A stretch of 64,000 nt of DNA from the human T2T-CHM13v2.0 reference genome, Homo sapiens. The notes under the pieces are model-generated. The model searched no databases. It was given only the letters and a program-made list of their open reading frames with translations, and was not told where the DNA came from. Below are positions 1-15,183 of the stretch, one piece after another. The stretch lies in assembly GCF_009914755.1 (NCBI RefSeq), contig NC_060941.1; one strand, written 5' to 3'. Positions within the stretch are counted from its first letter, which is position 1; each line of letters starts with the position of its first letter. The position numbers and the translations under genes were made by a program.

Positions 1-220
1 ACAAGCCAGTGCTGGGGGAAGACCTCCTGCGGGTGGATGGCCGGGAGGAGGTGCAAGAGAGGGCTGCAGTCAGCCAGGGTGGCACCCACAGCCCTTCCGG
101 GAGCCACCCCTGCCTGGCGCTGGGACCTGGAGACAAAATGTCCAGGAGGAAACTCAGGAAGCTCCAGAGGAAACCCCTCAGGAAGTCCTGAAATAGTTCC
201 ACAGCCCAGAGTGAAAACTT

Positions 221-521
<301 letters not shown>

Positions 522-631
522 CCCAAAACGAAAATTTTCAAGTGAGAGCAGCCTTGAGGGTGCCATGGTCTCTCTGAGTCCAGGGCGTAGACCCCCAGTG
601 CCTGGCAGCTTGGCCCGGCTCACAGGGCCCC

Positions 632-812
632 CTCCCCAGAGCCCCCGCAGATGACCTCAGCTCCCACCCCCCGGAGTGTCCGCACCCACCCTCCCCAGCG
701 CGGTCCCCACCTCCGCTCTCCCAGAGCCCACGCAGATGGCCTCAGCCCCCGCCCCCGGAGTGTCCGCACCCACCCTCCCCAGCGCGGTCCCACCTCTGCT
801 CTCCCAGAGCCC
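632..812. repeat. ~85-bp tandem repeat, ~2 copies
   Basis: ccagagccc..gcagatg..ccggagtgtccgcacccaccctccccagcgcggtccc is duplicated. Confidence 0.85.
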
Positions 813-1349
813 AAGGTGGAGTTTCACTTCGGTCATTCTCAGCTCTATTTTTACTCAAAGGTGGTAGGAACACCACACGTTCAAAGCAGGACAGGCAAGT
901 CGTCTGACTCCACGCGGCTGCAAGGCTGAGCTTTTCTGTGAGCAGGGACGGGGGCAGGCTGCGGCCCCATGCAGGGCTTCTCTCCAGGGCCAAGAGTCTA
1001 GGTCCAGTGCCCAGTCCCCGGTCCTGATACTCAAGCAGGTGACATTCAGCGTCCTCTTCACCTGGCTGAGAAAGACCAACAGCATCCCCAAGCAGAGGAA
1101 CAGCACGTGCAAAAGGCACCACACTATGAATGGGCGAGTGTTGTATCCTGGGAAACCGGGAGAGGCTCAGTGTGGCCGGAGGCCCGGGGGTGTGGCAGTG
1201 GGGCCAGGAGGGGAGGCTGCGGCTGGAGATGGGTTGGACCCAGTCTCTGAGAAGGCTCCCACGTTGTGCTAAGGAGTTTAGAGTTTATCCTGCAGGAAGG
1301 AGGGAGCTACGAAGGCTTGGAGGGCAGATGCTGCAGGCGCCTGGTCCTT

Positions 1350-1812
1350 CCCATCCAGTGTGGGCAGCGCGGGCCTCACCTGGGACTTGCTAGAAATGCA
1401 GAATCCAGGCCGGGCGCAGGGGCTCACGCCTGTAATCCCAGCACTTTGGGAGGCCGAGGCGGGCGGATCACCTGAGGTCAGGAGTTTGAGACCAGCCTGG
1501 CCAACATGGTGTAACCCTGTCTCTACTAAAAATACAGAAACATTAGCTGGGCATGGTGGCACGCGCCTGTAGTCCCAGCTACTTGGGAGGCTGAGGCAGG
1601 AGAATCGCTTGAACTGGGAGGCAGAGGCTGCAGTGAGAGCTGAGATCGCGCCACTGCACTCCAGCCTGGGTGACAGAGCCAGACTTTGTCTCAAAAACAA
1701 CAAACAAGCAAACAAAGGAAATGCAGAATCTGAGCTCCGGACCTGCCAAATCAAAATGTGCATGTCCATCATGGCACGGGGGCTGGGGGACCCCGTGATA
1801 CCCCAGTGATTT
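1350..1812. mobile_element. MER5A-like element split by an AluS (+, ~1408-1715)
   Basis: tcacctgggacttgctagaaatgcagaatc. Alu TSD gaaatgcagaatc. Confidence 0.65.
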
Positions 1813-2014
1813 ATCTTCTCGGGGTGAGGCAAAGCCTTGAGCTCTGGCTGGGCGGAGAGGCCACCAGTTGGATGTCTCCAGTATCCCCTTCTGATGGCCC
1901 TTCTGCCCTCCTAACACCCAGCTCCACCTCCTGCTTGGATCCTCCCTGCTCCAGGACTCTCCGGGGCATCCCCAGTGCTGGATCCAGACACCCAGAGCCC
2001 TAGAGCACTGCGTC

Positions 2015-2099
2015 TCTTCATAGCCACCCCCAACTCCAACCAATCACAAAGCAGCATCTTCATAGCCACCCCTGACTCCAACCAATCACAAAGCAGCAT
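2015..2099. repeat. 42-bp tandem duplication, each copy with CCAATCA
   Basis: tcttcatagccaccc..ctccaaccaatcacaaagcagca begins at 2015 and 2057. Confidence 0.9.
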
Positions 2100-2557
2100 T
2101 TCCCAGGGTTCCACCTGCTCGGTGCCTAGCTGGGTGTTGCGGGGAAGGGAGAACCACCATGGTGAAAGGCTGGTCCCCCGAGCGGAGGGAGTAAGCCGAG
2201 GAGCTTTTCAGACATGCAGAGGCCTGGGCCCCAACCTGAGGTCTCATGCCCCAGGCCCTGGCATTGGGCGCTTCTGGCAAAGAACACAGGCTGAGGCGTC
2301 AAGACAGATGTGTTGTGTGACCTCTGGGAAGTCTTGGGGAAGCATGAAACAGGATAAAAATGGCTAAGAACTCAGCAGGTTGCCGGAGGCTAAATGAGAT
2401 ACTGTTAGCAAAGCAGAGAGGACAATGTCTGGCATCCTATCACGGAAGCCTTGGTTATTCTCCCTCGTGCCTCTAAGGAGTTGAGAGTCTGGCAGAGAAG
2501 AAATGACAACTGGCATGAAACACTGTGCAGGTAAACACTATAAAACAACACGATATC

Positions 2558-3030
<473 letters not shown>

Positions 3031-4636
3031 TCAGCATTAGGGACTCTGAGCCAGGGATCTCACTAAGGCCAGTGCTCGAATCAGGCCTGGAGGACTTCCT
3101 GGAGATGGTGGTAGCTGAGCTGAGGCTTGAAGCTGGTTAGATCCTTGGAGCACAGAGCTTTGCAGGATGGTGAGAGGCCTTACTGGCTAGAGAATGGGCA
3201 GTGTGCTGGGAAACTGGAATGGATAACAAGAGGTTCCCCCAGTCTGGACTGAATGTGGTGGGAAAGGCAATGCCCCACTGAACCCACTGAAGGTTTCTGG
3301 GCAAAGGAGAGAAAATGGTCTAGCACAGCCACAGGCAGTTGGAAAGGGAACAGTGTCCTTCACTCAGGGAGGGGCTTGAGGACAGACACGGCAGGCACCC
3401 ACAACAAGGGCCTGGCTGTGCTGGCAGCTGACCAGCTGCAGCAAGGTCCTCCGGCTAGAAGCAGCAGCTCTCCTGACAGCCAATGTGCGTTCCATCCTTT
3501 CTTCCCAGGGAGCAGGAGACCGAATCAGCTCCTGCCTTTGGTTTCTGAAGATTCTACACCCAAAGATGGCACTTGGTGCCCCAGCTCATCCAGGCCTCCC
3601 AAGGGGGAACGTGGGTCAGGAGCTGCCACGGGGTCTGCAAGACGCTTGCTGGCCTCGACCAAGTCAAGGTGGCTGTTCCACGCGGCTGGGTGGACGCCAG
3701 CTGGTCTCTCATGACCCTCCCCGTGACGCACTCGCAAAGTAACTACCAAGGCTTTCTGCTCCATTAACACCAAAGCTGGCCCTGCAGGGGAAAGAGGAGG
3801 GAGGGAGGACGTGGGTTTTGTCTAGACAGAGGCACTCACAAAGCCAGATGATGCCTGAGCTTCCGCCACGCAGGAAGAGGGTGAGCAGAGGAGGGCAGAG
3901 AAGACCTGGTGCGTCCCCCTCAGGGTGCCCCCCATGGCAGAAGTCACCAGCAGAGGCCAAGAACAATGGCCAATCCCCCTTCTTATCCTTAAAATCAGGG
4001 TAACAACCTTTCATAGGTTTACTGTGAAGATGAAATGAGATCACGAATGTGAGAACGCTCGCTCTACTCTTGCACCCGTGAGGTGTCCAATCAATTGCTT
4101 TGTTACTTTTATTCCTATTGGGAAATGGGCTCAAAAGATCTGTGTCAGGGGTTACCTTTCATCTGGCCAGAATCCAGAGCTACAGAAGGGTCTGGCTTGA
4201 TTTGAAGTCCCAGCCAAAGGGGGCTCCGCTAAGGTGTAAGCCCCCCAGACACAGGCCTTCCCCAGGGGCTGACCTCTCCGTGGGGGACTCTCTGGGCTCG
4301 AGGGCCGTCGTGGGTGTGAGCCTGGGTCTGGAGGGTCTGCCCCGTCATTAACATGCTGCGCGCGGGAGAGTTCAAACACAGCAGCTGGCTCTGCAGCCCA
4401 GCAGGCCCTGGGCCTCGGCAAAGGACCTCAATGCTCAGTGGCCTGATTTATGGCTGAGGGCTCTCTTTATTTTCCTTTTGAAATGTGGAGGTGGATTTTA
4501 AAAGGCTGGAGAGCAGGGCCAGCACGCTTGGGCTCTGCCAAATCCCCGCGTCCTCGCCCCTGGCCTCGCTCTAGAAACTGGGCACTGGCCCTGCTCCATC
4601 CCAACCGCCAAAGTCTATTCTCACTCTCCCTTTCTC

Positions 4637-4717
4637 TGTGTTTGTGTTTGTATGGGGGGGTGTGTTTGTGTTTGTGTTTGTGTGTGTGTGTGTGTGGGGG
4701 GGGTGTGTTTGTGTATG
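4637..4717. repeat. (TG)n / TGTTTG microsatellite
   Basis: Direct inspection. Confidence 0.85.
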
Positions 4718-5021
4718 TTAACAATCAGCACTTCTTGCCAATAATTCCAGGAACACAGCAATGCAGGCACGTGGGCTCCAAGTGCCCATGAGGAGACCTC
4801 CTTAGGCTCATGCCCCTAGGAAGAGGCAGCCCAGTTGGTGGATGCTCCCAGTGCTTCCAGGATGCCTGGGGCAGAGGGCTGTCTCCTCATATCACGGGGG
4901 CTTGGGGGCAAGACGCAGTCTTCACAACTGTCTTTCTAGCTAGAGAAATGAACCCAGATCCATCAACCTCAGTGAAATACCAGCGTCAAGGAGCCCCCAC
5001 CAGCACCGCTGTGAAGGGTAA

Positions 5022-5449
<428 letters not shown>

Positions 5450-5629
5450 TAAAAACTAGTTTCTATGAATCCATCAGGACTGATGGACTTTCTTTTCACG
5501 GGACCCCAGGATCCTGGGAGACCCAAGGATGAGGTTTCTATCTATGTCCCTCTACAGAACCCAGACACAGTTCCCAAAGAGGCTCCCGTGGGCGCCATTG
5601 CACAGAACAACTGCAGGGGGCACTCTTGC

Positions 5630-5763
5630 ATAGCACACACTGCCACGCTGACCCCACAACTCCCAGAGGGGTCTCTCTCCTAAAACTTCACCTTCAATAG
5701 CACACACTGCCACGCCGACTCTACAACTCCCAGAGGGATCTTTCTCCTAAAACTTTGCCTCCA
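5630..5763. repeat. 67-bp tandem duplication
   Basis: atagcacacactgccacg..acaactcccagaggg..ctcctaaaactt begins at 5630 and 5697. Confidence 0.88.
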
Positions 5764-6301
5764 AGGGAGAGACTCCCTCAAAAAGATGACGTATGGGCTG
5801 TTTAGGCCCGAGGTAACGCGAACGGGGTAACCACAAGTGACGAAGTCAATTGCGGCTGTGAGGAGTAGATGTTCCCAGCCAGAGAAATAACTGGCTTAAT
5901 TACACGGCGTCTTTGGTCCCCGTAATCTCGATCCATTAAACCTTTGCTGCTGACCAGGAGCCGCTGCCCAGGAGGAAGGGGTTAGCCCAGAACACTCACA
6001 GAAGCAGCCCTTCAATCCCACGAAGGTAATGATGGCCACATCCTTCCCCAACAGCCCCGAGTAAGCCCACAGATCCCTGCTCAATACCAGGCTTCTCTAG
6101 GCAGCACCAGCTCCACCGATGCCCCGGGGAGTCCAGCAGCCAAGCTGCCCGGAGTGACAAGGACTCTGAGCTTCCTTGGCTCTGGTTTACCTGAGGCCTC
6201 CCAGCCACCCAAGACTTCCTGGAGACCCTGCTAGCCTTAGGCAAGATGCCCAATCACGTGTGCCATGTCCACCTGTGACCTAGAGGCACACCAAGGCATC
6301 A

Positions 6302-6657
<356 letters not shown>

Positions 6658-7154
6658 TCAGGTCACCACAGAGCCGACCACATCTGGCTCTATCTACTGA
6701 AGCCCAGGCTGACTCTGACATTTTCCATACAGCCAGTAAACCCAGATTCATCTTTCGGTCTAGTGTGTGTGGGGAGGAAGGAAGGGCAGGAGGAGGACAC
6801 AGGATAAAGCCTGGACAAAAAACTGGGCGAGAGGCCCCAGTCAGGTCTCGACCCGGGGACAGAGAACCCGCTGCTCCATCCACAAGTGGCCACGGCCTCA
6901 GATGGTCCCGCCTCAAAGGGCTCTTTGCCAAATGCCCAGGCAGGGGTGGGATTGGGCATTATCTTCAGCCTCCATACGGGGGTGCCTTCCGTAGCCTGCC
7001 TATTGCCCTGATTTCTTTCTCCTTCCCCCTTCACAAGGTCTCTGGGTCAGGTTCTCCTCAAGCTTCAGGGACCAGTGGAACATTCCCGCTGCTCCCAGCA
7101 GCGTCATGTCCCCAACTGACCATATCTTGCCCTAAGAAATGCAAGCTACTCCTG

Positions 7155-7455
7155 GGCCGGGCACGGTGGCTCACACCTGTCATCCCAGCACTTTGGGAGG
7201 CCGAGATGGGTGGATCACGAGGTCACGAGATCGAGACCATCCTGGCCAACATGGTGAAACCCCGTCTCTACTAAAAATACAAAAATTAGCTGGGTGTGGT
7301 GGCACATGCCTGTAATCCCAGCTACTCAGGAGGCTGAGGCAGGAGAATCGCTTGAACCCAGGAGGTGGAGGTTGCAGTGGAGCCGAGATTGCCCCACTGC
7401 ACTCCAGCCTGGGTGACAGAGCAAGACTCCATCTCAAAAAAAAAAGAAAAGAAAA
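7155..7455 (+). mobile_element. AluSc-like
   Basis: Full dimer. TSD gcaagctactcc. Confidence 0.9.
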
Positions 7456-7632
7456 GCAAGCTACTCCCCACAGCAGCAATGGACTTTCTCACATGTGGGG
7501 ACAAGCCAAGGTCACATGTCACAAACAGCCTCCCCTATCACAGCCCCAGAGATGGGTGAGCTGCAGAACTCTCCCCCTGGTACAAACAGTCACTTGGAGA
7601 AAAGTGCCAAGAATATAGAACAGAGCAGGTAA

Positions 7633-8483
7633 TCCACCCCCCCATCACCTCAGCCCACCCAACACATCACCTCAGTCCACCCAACACATCACCTCAGCCC
7701 ACCCAACACATCACCTCAGTCCACCCAACACATCACCTCAGTCCACCCCCCCCATCACCTCAGCCCACCCAACACATCACCTCAGTCCACCCCCCACACA
7801 TCACCTCAGTCCACCCCCCACACATCACCTCAGTCCACCCAACACATCACCTCAGTCAACGCAACACATCACCTCAGTCCACTCAACACATCACCTCAGC
7901 CCACCCAACACATCACCTCAGCCCACCCAACACATCACCTCAGCCCACCCAACACATCACCTCAGTCCACCCCCCACACATCACCTCAGTCCACCCCCCA
8001 CACATCACCTCAGTCCACCCCCCACACGTCACCTCAGTCCACCCCCCCGACATCACCTCAGCCCACCCCCCCCACACATCACCTCAGCCCACCCAACACA
8101 TCACCTCAGCCCACCCAACACATCACCTCAGCCCACCCAACACATCACCTCAGTCCACCCAACACATCACCTCAGCCCACCCCCCCCATCACCTCAGCCC
8201 ACCCCCCCCATCACCTCAGCCCACCCAACACATCACCTCAGTCCACTCAACACATCACCTCAGTCCACCCCCCGCCCCATCACCTCAGCCCACCCAACAC
8301 ATCACCTCAGTCCACTCAACACATCACCTCAGCCCACCCCCCCCATCACCTCAGCCCACCCAACACATCACCTCAGTCCACCCAACACATCACCTCAGTC
8401 CACCCCCCCCATCACCTCAGCCCACCCAACACATCACCTCAGTCCACTCAACACATCACCTCAGCCCACCCCCCACACATCAC
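7633..8483. repeat. ~22-bp VNTR (CACATCACCTCAG[C/T]CCACCCAA)n, roughly 37-38 copies
   Basis: About 850 bp of near-perfect tandem units, with variable poly-C variants. Confidence 0.97.
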
Positions 8484-10224
8484 CAACACCCGCCACCACC
8501 AAGGGCCTGGCAGGGGCAGTGGGCGCAGGGTTGTCTTGAAGCCGCCTGCCCTAGGTTTGCGCCCAAAGGGCTCAAGCTCAGCCAAACAGCTGCCGCCAAC
8601 GCTGGCAGTGAAGTCCTCCAATCATAAACCCTGGCAAAAGCGCGAGACTCCCTTTGGGGGTCTCTGACTCCACTACGAGCGAGTACAATGACCAAATCCA
8701 CACAGCCGGAAACGCATGGACGGGCCAGCTGACAGGTTTCAGCTAACAGGGGTTTCTGCTGCGGGGAGGAGCTCAAGGAGCCAAGAACTCGAGTTTTCTT
8801 TTTCCCACCCGTACTCAGACAACCAACACCTATGGAGGGCCTGTGCGGGAGCCGCTGTGGGAGGCGCTGCCTCAGAGCTGGTCTGATACCCTGTTCCTGC
8901 CGGTCCTCCTGCCACATTCCCTGCCCCTTCCTAAGTCCTGTGCCGGCCTCTCCCAGTCCCTCGAGGCTTTCCCGGATGAGGAGCGCAATGAGCTGGACAG
9001 CTGAGCTGCTCAATAGCTCTCCTCACCTTCAAAGCACTTTATAAATATGAATTAATCCACACAACACCCACGAGAGCCATCATGCCCTCCCTCTACGAAG
9101 GAAGGTACCGGAATTGTCCCAGAAAGCAGATCATACCTCAGACAGAGAACAAGTCTTCCATCCTACTCGCAAGAGTGAGGCAGAGCCTCCCCGCCATTCC
9201 CCATCTTCCATCCTCCTAACAGCATCTTCCAGCCAATTCCCCACAAATTTCCTTCCTTTTCCCGAAGAACAACAGTAGCCAACAATCACAACCACAGAAA
9301 CCTAAGTTTCTCTGAGTAGATGACTTAATTCTTCTGCCAGCCCCACCTCTGAGACTCCAGCAGCCATGAAGATTATGGGCCGGTGTTGACAAAAAGGAAT
9401 AAATTACTGGGCTATTCCGAAAACAAGCAAGCATCTGCCAGCAGGCGCTCACTAGCACACACGGAGGGGTCTGATGCGGCCCCGAGAACTGAACTGCTCT
9501 GATCAAACGCACACAGGCTGTCAGACCAGTGGCTTGGTCCCTGGTGTAGAGAATGTGGGGCTCAGATGAGAAACTGAGGTAGGCTCATGCTCACCTGGAG
9601 ACAGGCTTACATCTCCACTGCTCCAAATACTTTCCTGGCCCATAGATGGGGCACTGAATCTATAAAGGGCATGAAAATATCACAAGAGAATGAAATCGCC
9701 CTTGGAAATGTTGCTTGGGGTAAGAGAAGTGAGCTCCAAAAAGCAGGCTCTAGTAACAACAGATGGTCACGTTCTGCCTTCCATGACGGCCAAGCCACTG
9801 CAGGCTCTTGCTTGGCTCAGCAGGGAAGGTATGTTTGACACCAGGACTAAATTACTTGGGACCAAATGGAGGCCGAAGTGGCAAAGGGAGAGGCTTTAAA
9901 TACAGCCTCTGCCTCTCCTCTAAGTAAGTCCTAAACACACATATAAAGATTTTCCAGTTGAAGAGGTGCCAGATGATCAACCTGCCTGGGGCACACGTAT
10001 GTCTTGATCCAGATCTGCTTGGAGAATCCCAGGGACCAAGAAAGTGTCAGAGCACACCTCCACCCCCATTTTTGGCTACTCCGCTCCCATTTAATCCAAT
10101 CTAATCCCATGGGATTGGGAAAATAAAAATAAAAAAATAAAATAAAAAAATAACAAAGAGAAGATGATACGTGTTTAGCAGAAAGGGTGATTAAAGACCT
10201 AGAGGCATTATGACCAAGAAAACA

Positions 10225-10653
<429 letters not shown>

Positions 10654-10905
10654 TCACTCCACAGGGAAAGGACTCTGCTCCCATCAGCCCCAGGGCCCCT
10701 GGCAGCTGGGATCCAACTCTTCTCCTTGAGGCAGACAAATCACACTTACCGCAGCCCTTCAGGACTTCTACCATAGGAGAGATGGAGGGTTTGCTGCCCA
10801 ACCCTCATCAAATGACCACCAAACCTGTGATGGAAGTGGGCACACTCCTCCTGTCAAAACCAGAAAGAATGAACTGCCAACCCCAAAGGCAGGAAGTGTG
10901 TTCAG

Positions 10906-11374
<469 letters not shown>

Positions 11375-11659
11375 TTACCCTGCTGGACCGTTTCAGGGAG
11401 AACTCTGCAACAGAGGACCATAGAGAATGGCGTCCCCCATTCCGTGACATCCCAAGACCTTGAATAAACTCAGACATACCCAGGTGGTACTCGGGATCCT
11501 CCTCATTATTCTAGGGTACAACCTGAATTCCAGCTCAGCCATTTGTTACTTATGTGATCTTAGGTCTATGATTTATGCTAACTGAGCCTCACTTTCCTAC
11601 TCTGTAAGAGTTGCAGAGTTGTGAGATTTGGAGAGAATGGATAGAAAGTGCCTAGCACA

Positions 11660-12070
<411 letters not shown>

Positions 12071-13387
12071 TCAGAGAGAGGAAGGCAGGGAACCTCTAAC
12101 ACCGAGTCATTCCCATCTCTAAGTCACACTGCCACCCTGTGCCCTGGGTATACCCCCTTTACAGTTCCCGATGGATCTGGCATTTGTGGAGATTTGTCAC
12201 CCCAGGACTGTGAGCCTTGTAAGCAAACAGCTTCCTGAGAAGCAGAGGAACTTCCTCTGGGAGCCACAAAACCTTGCTGCCAGGCAAATGACAGCTCGGG
12301 TATTTGTTTTAATTTAGGCTCTTGTCAAGAGGAAAGTTGATGGCTAACAGCCCAAACATGACTGCACAGCACCTCCCCGGGAAGCCTCCTGCTACAGCTC
12401 TCCACTAAGCTGTTCCGAAGAGGGAGGCAGGGACTCCTCACACTGCGGCCACATCAGTGCCCCCTCCCACCCACCATCCAGGCCACCCCAGGAGCCGCCC
12501 AGAGGCCAGGGCAGCAGCAGGAGGGTAGACAGCTCAGGTGCCAATCTGCCTGAATCAGGGCTGCCCAACAGAACCCCCTAAGAGGCCTTGGCCTAATTCC
12601 CTTTTCTGGCATTCCTCTGGTCAGGAATTTTCAAGGTGGCCTCAGGCAATTTTGCTTTTTTGCTCCAGGCGTGGGAGGAAGAGGGTGGGGTATGGAAGAC
12701 TTGGAAATGATCAGCTCAGAGGAGTCTTCTGCTGCAGAGAAAGCTAGAGACAGGGTTCCATACGATTCCAGGCTTCGGGAAATAGGGAAACAAGAACTGG
12801 GTTTTGCAAAGAGCCAGAAACACTCAGGAACATAAGCACGCGTGAATCTGAGGCATTGTTATGACGGCTGTTTGCAAGCACACAGCTAAGAGAGGGCCAC
12901 TAATCCTGCCTCCGGGTCAGGAGCTGATCTGCATCTGCGCTCCGAACAGATGTGTGCCCCCATTCATGCAGACGCACGTGCACGCACATGCCACACAGCC
13001 ATGGGCCCTGACCTTCACCCAACGACGCTGGCCTCTGCAGGGGAAGGAGCAGATGGAGCGGCGGCACCTGGCACAGGACCTATGCCCAGGGGATCCGGCT
13101 TTGCCCCTTTGATGTTGAGAAACCAAAGCAGAATGAACCATCACAAGGACAGCTCCTGGGGGGAGGAGAGGAAGGAACATGGATGGAGGAGGAGGCGGGT
13201 GGAGAAGAAGATACAGGGAATGACCTGGACCCAAGGGGATGCTGAGGTCAGAGGTTGAATGTTGGGTACCACACAGCCTCCAGAGTAAGGCTTTGGGGCT
13301 CAAGGCATCACCCTTCTCTACTCCCCCCACCCCCCCCATATGACTTATCAAGGAACTCTAGCTGGGATGACCCTTACAAATGCCCTT

Positions 13388-13686
<299 letters not shown>

Positions 13687-14544
13687 CGCTCCTGTTCCAT
13701 GGCATCCAGTGCCTAGAATCAGGCTGAACCAGGCTCCACGTGGCCCCACGTGCCTCCCCCAACTCCTGCCTGGGAGATGTGCTGAGAGAGTGGGAGGGTC
13801 CCACTCACGTGGGCCAGGAAGGGCGAAATCCACTATGTAAGCCCAGGAGGACCCTCTTCCTAATCCCTGAGAGCTTTCGGGAAAGGTGTCTCAGGGAAGG
13901 GTGGGGAGAAGGGGCGGTGCCTTTCTAGCGCCGGAGCAGGAGCAAGGTGCGGTGGTGGGGGCGGGGGGCGGCTCTCGGTTCGCCCCAAGCCCCCCCACAC
14001 CATTACCCGTGATCAGTTACGCATCCCCCGGGGCCATGCAAGAGCAATCACATGATCCAGAGAGATTTGGGAGCGAGGGGGTGGAGAACTCGAGAAGGTT
14101 TGTTTTTTTTTTCTTCTGAGGGTGGTGGTGATGATGAGGGTGGGGGTGGTGATGAGGCTGGCAGGAAAGATTGCTGAGCCCGGGATTTTCAGCTCCCGCA
14201 TCCAAACGGCCCCCGCGGATATCTGCACCCCCAGTCTCCCCTCCCACCCGATCCCACCCCAGCACCGAACCCCTGGGCCCTGAACCACACATGGCCCCGG
14301 TGCCCCTGGGGTGGCAAACTCGGGTGCCAACGACTGCTCCCAAAACGGCCTTTCGGCTTCAGCCTGGACAGAGAAGCTGCCGGTCCAGGGGCGGGGGCAG
14401 CACCCAGAAGGGCCTCCCTCCCCTGAGGCTCGCGGAGGCCGGGTTCACAACAGGTGGGAGGGGGGACGCAGCTCTCGGCTCGGTCCGCCCACGGTCCCCG
14501 CCCCCGGACCGCAGGAATCCTCTCTGGGGACCCCCCGTCCGCGC

Positions 14545-14748
14545 CCCCCAGACCAGCCCGGCTCCTGGGTCCCGACCCCGATCCCGATTCCCAACCCGAC
14601 CCCGATCCGGACCCCGATCTCGCCCCCGCCCGCGCTCCCCGGACCAGCCCGGTGCCTGGGTCCCGATCCCGATCTTGGGGTCCCGATCCCGATCCTGGGG
14701 TCCCGATCTCCATCCTGGGGTCCCGATCCCGATCCTGGGGTCCCGCCC
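14545..14748. repeat. Degenerate (CCCGAT)/(GGGGTCCCGATCCCGATCCT) repeat at the start of intron 1
   Basis: Repeated cccgat hexamers and ~20-bp units immediately beyond the donor. Confidence 0.8.
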
Positions 14749-14765
14749 CCGCCCGGCACACGTAC

Positions 14766-14826
14766 TGCTGTAGAGGGTGTCGATCCAGGACAGGCGCGGC
14801 AGGCCCCGGTGGCTGAGCGGCTCCAT
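14766..14826 (-). CDS. ABR: ABR first coding exon (coding part: 61 nt, 20 codons + 1 nt); remaining exons lie beyond position 1
   Basis: Minus strand translates to MEPLSHRGLPRLSWIDTLYS, which I recognise as the ABR N-terminus. Kozak context gccgcgggATGG. Phase-1 donor A|GTACGT at 14765-14760. Confidence 0.95.
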
Positions 14827-15085
14827 CCCGCGGCGGCGGCTCGGTCAGATCCGAAACCCGACCCTCATCGCGCAACAAAGGAGGGAGGGCGGGCGGGAGC
14901 CGGGGGAGGCCGAAGTTGCGAGCGCGGAGGGGCGAGGAGGCCGGGAACCAGGTCCCCGGGAGGAGCGCGGGGCGGCCGGGGCAGGGGCGAGGGCGGGGCG
15001 GGAGCCCCCAAAACCCTCCCGAACCCTCCCGGCCCCAGCGGCCGCGCCGAGCCCAGCTGCGGATCCCGGAACCGATGAGCAACTT
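14827..15085 (-). other. ABR: ABR 5' UTR (TSS approximate)
   Basis: GC-rich leader between the ATG and the GC-box/CCAAT cluster. The upstream end is inferred. Confidence 0.55.
14845..14868 (-). other. uORF MRVGFRI* in ABR leader
   Basis: ATG AGG GTC GGG TTT CGG ATC TGA. In frame with the main ATG, stopping 18 nt before it. Confidence 0.6.
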
Positions 15086-15089
15086 CGCG

Positions 15090-15183
15090 GGGGGCGGGGC
15101 GGGGGTGGGGCTTCGTGGTGGGGCGGGGCTTTGGTGCGGGGGCGGGGCTTTGGTGCGGGGGCGGGGCGGGGCGGGACCAATCG
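15090..15183. promoter_or_regulatory. Tandem Sp/KLF GC boxes and CCAAT box upstream of the ABR TSS
   Basis: Several GGGGCGGGG motifs, partly within a duplicated ggtgcgggggcggggcttt unit. CCAAT at 15177-15181. Confidence 0.75.

Noticed and set aside
7633-8483. CRISPR-like array (also 45463-45724)
   Set aside because: Head-to-tail tandem units without unique spacers, no cas genes, and the DNA is primate.
14359-14765. Continuation of the 155-aa ORF beyond ...TLYS
   Set aside because: It reads through the GTACGT donor into intronic repeat and no longer matches ABR.
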